Origin: a virus
DNA length: 17,171 nt
IMG/VR virus record: IMGVR_UViG_3300045988_066371
Reading direction: 5' to 3' (one strand)
Each line of letters opens with the position of its first letter. Positions within the stretch are counted from its first letter, which is position 1. Made by a program: the position numbers and the translations under genes. Shown here piece by piece: positions 1 to 5,231 of this stretch. The notes beneath the pieces are model-generated. The model was not told the DNA's origin and did no database searches. It saw nothing but the letters and a program-made list of their open reading frames with translations.

Positions 1-71
1 TTTGTCTATAATTTAAGCGCGTAGTTTTTTCTCTGTTTTTGTGTTGTTCGGCGTGTCGTGTTTTTGTGGTG

Positions 72-80
72 TGGTATTAT
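72..80 (+). promoter_or_regulatory. Candidate extended -10 promoter (TGGTATTAT) inside the left ITR, reading inward
   Basis: TGnTATTAT at 72-80, about 40 nt upstream of the ITR ORF start. There is no good -35. The related TGGTATAAT recurs at 1347 and 3110 on the same strand. Confidence 0.45.
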
Positions 81-121
81 ATAACTATCAACCAAGGAAT
101 ACGGAAAGGATGGTGGTTGAG

Positions 122-307
122 ATGATGTATCGTCAAGACATTAAGAATGAGGTTATTGATTATATTCGCAACAGTGGCGAGCGTGTTGTGGATTATGATG
201 TTGATGCCGTTGTGGATTGTCTTGTTGTTATGTATGAGCGTAAGGGTGTTGAGTTTTATCGTTATTGTTTTGAGACTGTGGTTTTTATGAATCGTGTAGC
301 CGAGTGA
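122..307 (+). CDS. ITR-encoded small hypothetical protein (61 aa from ATG122; mildly acidic), left copy
   Basis: The ORF is open from 41 to 307. A GTG41 start would overlap the promoter-like element. The in-frame ATG122 follows SD-like GGAAAGGATGGTGG (103-116); ATG110 is an alternative. There is clear G-nonG-N codon periodicity with NNT codons. I recognise no family. Confidence 0.6.
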   Translation: MMYRQDIKNEVIDYIRNSGERVVDYDVDAVVDCLVVMYERKGVEFYRYCFETVVFMNRVAE

Positions 308-328
308 GCAATAAGGAAAGGAGAGATA

Positions 329-589
329 ATGTGGTGTTTTATTGTTACGCCTGATGATTTTACAGTATATGAGCTCACGCCTGAGTATGTGGATGTGTAT
401 GGCCCGTATTCGGCGGATACGTTTAAGAAAGCGTTAGATGGCGTGCTTGACACTGTTCGCCATGCGTTTGCCGGACTTGATGTGTATGTTGGTTTTGCTC
501 ATTCCTCGTTTGACCCAAAAACGGGGTTTTTGAATGGTATTGTTAAAGTGTGTTTGTCGTTTGAGGGGGAGTCCGATGATGGCAAATGA
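329..589 (+). CDS. Hypothetical early protein (86 aa, acidic)
   Basis: ATG329 is preceded by a strong SD, AAGGAAAGGAGAG (313-325). It is the first gene after the ITR boundary. No family recognised. Confidence 0.7.
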   Translation: MWCFIVTPDDFTVYELTPEYVDVYGPYSADTFKKALDGVLDTVRHAFAGLDVYVGFAHSSFDPKTGFLNGIVKVCLSFEGESDDGK

Positions 590-827
590 TGAAGTTGTGG
601 CTGTGTTTCCATCCGAGTTTGAGTCTGGTGATGTGCGGCTGGTGTATTGTCCTCATAGGAGGGTGTATGAATTACGGTATGCGGTATTGGAGCGGTTTCA
701 GTCTGGCGGTCGCCGTCGTTTGGTTTGGTCGGCTGTGGCGTTTGATGCGTGTGATTACGTGCAGGTGGCTCATATGTTGGTTGATGCGAGGGCGTTGGCT
801 GATACGTTGTTGTTGGAGAGGTGTTGA
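576..827 (+). CDS. Hypothetical early protein (83 aa)
   Basis: The ORF is open from 534. ATG576 is preceded by GAGGGGGAG (562-570) and overlaps the upstream stop by 14 nt, suggesting translational coupling. No family recognised. Confidence 0.6.
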   Translation: MMANDEVVAVFPSEFESGDVRLVYCPHRRVYELRYAVLERFQSGGRRRLVWSAVAFDACDYVQVAHMLVDARALADTLLLERC

Positions 828-829
828 TT

Positions 830-1333
830 ATGAAAAGCAATGATGACCGTACGAATTGGTTTGATGATGGCGTGCTGGACGATGACCGTGTGCGCCGTGT
901 CATTCGCGGTCGCCGACGTAATCTGCATTTGCGTGAGTACAATAAAGGTGAGGGCGACTGGGAGACGTTTTGCCGTACTATAGCACTGCTCAAGGACTTC
1001 TACAAGCCCCAAGGTGGTCAGGTGGCGTTTGCCGACAGTATCGAACATGCGGCGAACATTTGTCTAAGCATCTCGCCAAGTTCGTCAATGTATGCCGCAT
1101 TGGCACGAACGCAGGACATTGAAATGTTGTCCGGACTTATCTACTGTCCGGCGATGGTGGCGTGGTGCGCGGTCTGTCATGTCAAGGGCGCGACTTGCTA
1201 TGAGATGTGCAAGACTTGGGATGGTAATGGGTTTGCTCAAACCATCATCAAGGTTGCGTGTCTCCGTTTTGACAACTTGACCGATGCACGGTATACTGAT
1301 GAAGACATTGCAAGAATGTCGCGACAGCAGTAA
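830..1333 (+). CDS. Hypothetical early protein (167 aa) with a Cys/His cluster (WCAVCHVKGATCYEMC)
   Basis: ATG830 lies 8 nt after GGAGAGG (815-821) and 2 nt after the upstream stop. The N-terminus is mixed-charge, with acidic runs (NDD, DDG, DDD) followed by basic RVRRVIRGRRRN. A CxxCH-x7-CxxxC cluster lies at nt 1166-1210. No family recognised. Confidence 0.65.
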   Translation: MKSNDDRTNWFDDGVLDDDRVRRVIRGRRRNLHLREYNKGEGDWETFCRTIALLKDFYKPQGGQVAFADSIEHAANICLSISPSSSMYAALARTQDIEMLSGLIYCPAMVAWCAVCHVKGATCYEMCKTWDGNGFAQTIIKVACLRFDNLTDARYTDEDIARMSRQQ

Positions 1334-1356
1334 CATTGAAATAAGGTGGTATAATT

Positions 1357-1671
1357 ATGGCATATATTAAGCGAGCCAAGCACTATAGTATTGTGCGCGG
1401 CGTTACGCGCAGTGAAAACGGCGAACTCGTGGACACCGAAGTAGTCGTGGATGGCGCGTGCCGCACGGCTGACATGGCAATGAAAAAAGCCCGCAAGATT
1501 AACAAGGACATGCTCCCCATGTCCGCCGAGTATCATGCGCAGGTGACGCGCATGGATGAGGCAATCTATTGGGCTAATTGTGAGTTTGGAGATGATACCG
1601 TCATTGACTATCCGGGGTCGGTTAACGGCAACGTGGTTGAAGATGATATCATCTCCGAGGGAAATAATTAA
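1357..1671 (+). CDS. Hypothetical early protein (104 aa, acidic C-terminal tail); positional analogue of phi29 p6 dsDNA-binding protein
   Basis: SD AAGGTGG (1343-1349) precedes ATG1357. It lies two genes upstream of the terminal-protein candidate, as gene 6 does in phi29. The functional assignment rests on position only. Confidence 0.6.
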   Translation: MAYIKRAKHYSIVRGVTRSENGELVDTEVVVDGACRTADMAMKKARKINKDMLPMSAEYHAQVTRMDEAIYWANCEFGDDTVIDYPGSVNGNVVEDDIISEGNN

Positions 1672-1701
1672 TAAACCATTATAAGGAAGGCAACAATAAT
1701 C

Positions 1702-2139
1702 ATGGCTGACAACGAACTGACCGTAGCAAACGGCAATAATTTTGCGGCTAACGGCGCAAACGCCGTATCCCATTTTTTCAACACTGACACTATGGACGGC
1801 AAAATGGCGCTGTACAACGCCATGCAGACCGCCGATAAGGTGGACGAACATCTCAATGAGCCACTTCATGTGACCAACGTGCTTGCGCAGGCCATCGAGG
1901 TTGCCAACCAAGAGACCGGTGAAATCAACTCATCCACCCGCGTCGTTATCCACAGCGAAGAAGGCGATTTCGCCGCCGCCTCCCCCACGTTGGCGCACGC
2001 TTTTGGCAATCTGTTCGCTATTTTCGGCACGCCGGACACGTGGAATCACCCACTTGCTCTCAAGGTGGTGGAAAAGAAGAGTCGCCGTGGATTCAAGTTC
2101 TTCGATATTGAACTGGTGTCGGAAAAAGACCGTGGATAG
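1702..2139 (+). CDS. Hypothetical early protein (145 aa); possible phage ssDNA-binding protein (positional analogue of phi29 p5)
   Basis: SD AAGGAAGG (1684-1691) precedes ATG1702. It sits immediately upstream of the terminal-protein/PolB pair. The ETGEI...R.VI...G and FG.P...P..LKV pattern reminds me of small phage SSBs of Gram-positive phages. This is not verified. Confidence 0.6.
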   Translation: MADNELTVANGNNFAANGANAVSHFFNTDTMDGKMALYNAMQTADKVDEHLNEPLHVTNVLAQAIEVANQETGEINSSTRVVIHSEEGDFAAASPTLAHAFGNLFAIFGTPDTWNHPLALKVVEKKSRRGFKFFDIELVSEKDRG

Positions 2140-2158
2140 AATATTTGTCTATACCATA

Positions 2159-2167
2159 TGATAACAT
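2159..2167 (+). promoter_or_regulatory. Candidate extended -10 element (TGATAACAT) in the intergenic region upstream of the terminal-protein gene
   Basis: It matches the TGATANNAT pattern that sits 6 nt upstream of two SD-less ATGs (9403, 13147). It is intergenic, but the motif also occurs by chance (see rejected list). Confidence 0.3.
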
Positions 2168-2174
2168 GACAATG

Positions 2175-2186
2175 TCCCTATAGGGA
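2175..2186. promoter_or_regulatory. Perfect 12-bp palindrome TCCCTATAGGGA (possible operator or 5' hairpin)
   Basis: The sequence is self-complementary and lies in the intergenic region between the putative -10 at 2159-2167 and the terminator-like hairpin. Confidence 0.35.
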
Positions 2187-2201
2187 TGTTGCCGCCAGAC
2201 T

Positions 2202-2244
2202 CACCCCCCGCCGTTTCCATCCTTGCGGCGAGGGGTGTTTTATA
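2202..2244 (+). terminator. Rho-independent terminator-like hairpin ending the left early gene block
   Basis: CACCCCCCGCCG (2202-2213) pairs with CGGCGAGGGGTG (2226-2237): a 12-bp stem with one C-A mismatch. It is followed by TTTTATACT. Confidence 0.6.
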
Positions 2245-2263
2245 CTCACAAGGAGAGAGGGCT

Positions 2264-3208
2264 GTGGCAAAACGTAAAAACAATCGACGTGTTAACAGCC
2301 TGAAACGTAATGCCGCCATCAGGTCGGCGCAGGTACGCCGAGAGCAAGCGGTCAGAGATTACAGTACCGGACACCTCCCCAAGCAAATCACCGAAACGTT
2401 TCTAGGAAAACTCAGCGCCCAACAGCTCGAACAGGTTGCCCGCCGCGTCGGGCAGGAATTCGGGGAACGACAGCAGGCATTAAGGGCTCGGGACAGTGAG
2501 CCGTATCAGGTTGTCCCGGATGTGCATATTACGAAACTCGATAGGGAGTTAGCGGCGCGTCCGCTGATAACCGACGCGGAAATCGCCGCCGCCCCGTCGA
2601 AACGTCGGAAAACATTACGACAGCAACAGCGCCGCCGTATCGAAGCACGGCAGAAAATCAAACGCGCCCAACAATTCGAAGCCTTGAGCATGGCACGCTA
2701 CACAGTGGGCGAAATACGCGAAATGGAACGCGCCGGAGAATCTCCGTTCGACGTGTTGGGCACTCATACGGTTGGCGGTTCGGCGCGTGACGAACTCACT
2801 CGCAACCGGGCGAACGTGTTCGGCTCGGAGCGTGGCATAAGCCACGCACGTATGATGATACGAGAAGGAGGTAGGAGGAAACTTGAACGAGAGATACTCG
2901 AATACGCCGGTCTTATAGGTCGAGCACCATTGCACGCAGGCGCTAGAAAGATTTCTGAGAATGAGGGGGTTTCGGATTTTGATAGAGTCGCGCAACAGCT
3001 CGAAGCATTTGACTCCAATATTGCCCAAAAATTCGCTGCTTTATCGAACCGTCAAAAACGATGGCTGATAAACAACACGAATTTTAGCGCCGTGGTACGG
3101 GAAGCCGCATGGTATAATGATAAAACACATAAATGGGAGACAAAGGCGGACGCGGGCGATGTAGAGACACGACTTGATGAATGGATGGCCAGCGCGGCAC
3201 GACATTAA
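2264..3208 (+). CDS. Candidate terminal protein (314 aa from GTG2264)
   Basis: It lies directly upstream of the protein-primed PolB, as in the phi29 gene 3-gene 2 arrangement. GTG2264 is preceded by AAGGAGAGAGGG (2250-2261). The protein is very R/K-rich (KRKNNRRVNSLKRN; SKRRKTLRQQQRRRIEARQKIKR), consistent with the DNA-binding/nucleoid-targeting N-terminus of terminal proteins. I could confirm no sequence family by eye. Confidence 0.55.
   Translation: MAKRKNNRRVNSLKRNAAIRSAQVRREQAVRDYSTGHLPKQITETFLGKLSAQQLEQVARRVGQEFGERQQALRARDSEPYQVVPDVHITKLDRELAARPLITDAEIAAAPSKRRKTLRQQQRRRIEARQKIKRAQQFEALSMARYTVGEIREMERAGESPFDVLGTHTVGGSARDELTRNRANVFGSERGISHARMMIREGGRRKLEREILEYAGLIGRAPLHAGARKISENEGVSDFDRVAQQLEAFDSNIAQKFAALSNRQKRWLINNTNFSAVVREAAWYNDKTHKWETKADAGDVETRLDEWMASAARH
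3110..3118 (+). promoter_or_regulatory. Consensus extended -10 (TGGTATAAT) inside the 3' end of the terminal-protein gene, about 100 nt upstream of PolB
   Basis: Perfect TGnTATAAT. It belongs to the same 9-mer family as the ITR element (72-80) and 1347-1355. Confidence 0.35.
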
Positions 3209-3220
3209 AGGGATGGAATC

Positions 3221-4681
3221 ATGAAAGAGCGTCGAATGGCGGCAACGGACGGCGCAACACTATTGACGGACGACGGCATGGAACCATTGACAGTGAACGC
3301 CGTCATCCGTCTCACCATGCTCGACTATCATACGCGCGTATGGTGTGCCCACGGATGGCAGGACATCAAGCCCATAGCCGCCGAACTATTGACACGACTC
3401 CCCTTGCAGTCGAACCCAGCCAAGAACGGCGTATGGGGAACATTTAACATCCGTGGCCGCTTTTACAGTTTTCGCGTGCGCATGGGCGGTATCACCGTGG
3501 ATTTTCTGGACGTGCGCAACATCACGCGCGACGATGGTCTGAATGTTTCACGTGGAACATTCGGCGGTGCGGACGATTTGGAAACCACGTGGAATATCGC
3601 ACAGGAATGCGCCGCCCTGAACCTCAGGGGCACTACTATAGCGTCTATGGCAATGACCGACTATATCGGCGGGGATTACGCCGGATTCAAACGCCATTTC
3701 CCGCCGTTGAGCAGGGATGATTATCATCGGATGCGCCCCGCCTACTATGGGGCGATAGTATACAGCAAGCCGGGCGAATACCGGGATTGCCGGAGTTGGG
3801 ATGTGAACAGCCTCTACCCGAGTATCATGCGTGAGGCGCCCATGCCGGTAGGCTCACCCATATGGTACGACGGGAAGTATCAATATGACCCTGATTATCC
3901 GCTCCATATCGATGTTATCGCGTTTGATGCGCGCTTGAAGACGGGGAAAACGGCGACACTCACCAATATCCTACCCGTATGGGGGTATGAGGGTGAACGC
4001 TTGGATAGTACGCTCGGCGTCGTTACTATGCCCGTCACGGATGTGGATTGGGAGACGCTGACCGAAAACTATGATATCCACGTGTGGGAGCATGTCGGTG
4101 GATGGAAGTTTCGCAAATCGCATGGACTTTATTATACGTATGTGGACAAATGGTTTCACGTGAAACAGACCGCGACGGGGGAGCGCAAGCAGATGGCGAA
4201 ACTGTTGTTGAACTCGTTGGTGGGGAAATTCGGGGCCTCGCTGTACCGTCCCATGTTGCATCCGAAACCGTCTATGGACGGTGGTGTGGATTTTACCGTG
4301 GACAAGCCCGAGTCGGCCAACAGTCTAGCGTGGTTGCCGACCGCCGCTTATGTCAACGCCTATGGGAGGCGAATACTGTCACGTGCAATGAACGCGAACA
4401 CCGACCGCGTGCTCTACGCCGACACTGACGGCATGATACTGGAAGGATTGGATACGCCCGCAGGCATAGAAACGGATGACCGGAAACTAGGCGCGTGGAA
4501 AAACGACCATACCTATGAGAGGCTCCGTATTCTCGGCAATCGCAAATATTGCGGCGTGGAAACAGGCGGCGATACCGTCATGCGGTTGAGTGGCGTGCAT
4601 CGTGCCGCCCCCATCCCCTACGATGAGTTCCTGCCGGGGTCACGCCACATCAACGACGATGGACATACTTTTATGCTATAA
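3221..4681 (+). CDS. Protein-primed family-B DNA polymerase, phi29 type (486 aa)
   Basis: SD AAAGGGA (3207-3213) precedes ATG3221. Motif A is DVNSLYPS (nt 3800-), followed by GKYQYDPDYPLHI, very close to phi29 GKYVWDEDYPLHI. Motif B is KLLLNSLVGKFG (4199-), motif C is YADTDG (4415-4432), and an RKY (KxY-like) motif is present. There are insertions in the TPR1/TPR2 positions. Confidence 0.95.
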   Translation: MKERRMAATDGATLLTDDGMEPLTVNAVIRLTMLDYHTRVWCAHGWQDIKPIAAELLTRLPLQSNPAKNGVWGTFNIRGRFYSFRVRMGGITVDFLDVRNITRDDGLNVSRGTFGGADDLETTWNIAQECAALNLRGTTIASMAMTDYIGGDYAGFKRHFPPLSRDDYHRMRPAYYGAIVYSKPGEYRDCRSWDVNSLYPSIMREAPMPVGSPIWYDGKYQYDPDYPLHIDVIAFDARLKTGKTATLTNILPVWGYEGERLDSTLGVVTMPVTDVDWETLTENYDIHVWEHVGGWKFRKSHGLYYTYVDKWFHVKQTATGERKQMAKLLLNSLVGKFGASLYRPMLHPKPSMDGGVDFTVDKPESANSLAWLPTAAYVNAYGRRILSRAMNANTDRVLYADTDGMILEGLDTPAGIETDDRKLGAWKNDHTYERLRILGNRKYCGVETGGDTVMRLSGVHRAAPIPYDEFLPGSRHINDDGHTFML

Positions 4682-4682
4682 T
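4674..4682 (+). promoter_or_regulatory. Consensus extended -10 (TGCTATAAT) overlapping the PolB stop codon
   Basis: Perfect TGnTATAAT; the TAA stop at 4679-4681 lies inside it. The predicted start, about 4688-4690, coincides with the 5' edge of the structured GC-rich region. Confidence 0.45.
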
Positions 4683-4688
4683 GTCCGG

Positions 4689-4856
4689 TAGCGGGGTGTG
4701 CGTCCCAAGTCGATTCGATGGCCCGACCGGTAGGCAATCGGTAAGGCGGTTCGGTCGGATGTAGACGTGCGTAGCCAACGCCCAGCGACGGCGAGGGAAC
4801 CCGCACAGCCTAGCAAACCGGCATGACGGCGTGATTGCCGTCATGCCACTTACTTT
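4689..4856 (+). ncRNA. Candidate structured non-coding RNA (about 165 nt; pRNA-like candidate, or a structured leader of the late operon)
   Basis: This is a 186-nt non-coding gap between PolB and the scaffold gene, and it is GC-rich. Compatible helices: 4694-4706 with 4795-4810 (5'/3'-proximal pairing); 4723-4729 (CCGACCG) with 4752-4758 (CGGTCGG); 4769-4772 with 4778-4781; and a perfect 11-bp hairpin 4820-4830/4837-4847. A consensus extended -10 sits immediately upstream. There is no credible ORF. Confidence 0.4.
4820..4856 (+). terminator. Hairpin GGCATGACGGC-GTGATT-GCCGTCATGCC followed by ACTTACTTT (terminator of the early operon and/or the candidate RNA)
   Basis: Perfect 11-bp stem with a 6-nt loop. 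The downstream tract is only moderately U-rich. Confidence 0.55.
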
Positions 4857-4867
4857 AAGAGGTGATT

Positions 4868-5209
4868 ATGGACGATACCGAAAACACCGAACCGGACACC
4901 ACGCCCGACACTGAGCCGGACGCCAAGCCGACCGACAACAATACGCCGAACCCGGAGCCTGAAACGCAGGACGATGGCGAACCGGAGGACGCGGGTGATG
5001 ATAAAACCGCCGACATGGCCAACCGGTTGAGCGCCTTGGAGGCGACCGTGGCGGAGCTATCTAAAACCATTGAGGCAATGCGCGACGCCGCCGCAGACCA
5101 TGTGTTGAACGATGGTCCGGATGGCGACACGGAGCCGGACGCCACGGAAATGACCGACGATGACTACAACGGCACCTACAGTACGTTTGATGACCTGTTT
5201 GAAGACTGA
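4868..5209 (+). CDS. Probable scaffolding protein (113 aa, highly acidic, central coiled-coil)
   Basis: SD AAGAGG (4857-4862) precedes ATG4868. It lies immediately upstream of the major capsid gene, as phi29 gp7 does. It has a D/E/P/T-rich N-terminus (TEPDTTPDTEPD...), a heptad-like helix (ANRLSALEATVAELSKTIEAMRDAA) and an acidic tail. Confidence 0.6.
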   Translation: MDDTENTEPDTTPDTEPDAKPTDNNTPNPEPETQDDGEPEDAGDDKTADMANRLSALEATVAELSKTIEAMRDAAADHVLNDGPDGDTEPDATEMTDDDYNGTYSTFDDLFED

Positions 5210-5231
5210 TAATTAGGAAGGATTTCTCATC

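Larger units (their letters stand above)
1..311. repeat. Left inverted terminal repeat (311 bp, perfect); replication origin of a protein-primed linear genome
   Basis: Checked block by block: 1-311 is the exact reverse complement of 16861-17171. Identity stops at 312/16860. The terminus reads 5'-TTTGTCTATAAT and the first 40 nt are AT- and T-tract-rich. Confidence 0.97.

Noticed and set aside
41-121. GTG41 as the start of the ITR ORF (88-aa version)
   Set aside because: The extension would overlap the promoter-like TGGTATTAT and lacks an SD. The N-terminal extension (LFGVSCFCGVVLYNY) looks like translated T/G-rich non-coding sequence.
1347-1355. TGGTATAAT as a promoter for gene 1357..1671
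   Set aside because: The -10 ends 1 nt before the ATG, so it cannot produce either a leadered or a leaderless mRNA for this gene. It overlaps the SD (AAGGTGG) and may simply be SD/spacer sequence. It is kept only as part of the motif-recurrence observation.
1237-1911. 224-aa minus-strand ORF spanning three plus-strand early genes
   Set aside because: It is antisense to three SD-supported genes. It has no SD and no recognisable motifs, and its composition is typical of an antisense frame. No other minus-strand genes exist outside the ITR.
2186-2263. ATG2186 as the start of the terminal-protein ORF (340-aa version in the ORF track)
   Set aside because: No SD precedes it. The extension would run through the 12-bp palindrome and the terminator-like hairpin. 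GTG2264 has a strong SD at ideal spacing.
4745-4760. GGCGGTTCGGTCGG resembling a tRNA T-arm (GGTTCGA-like)
   Set aside because: I could not build an acceptor stem, D-arm or anticodon arm around it. It fits better as one strand of the CCGACCG/CGGTCGG hairpin of the candidate ncRNA.
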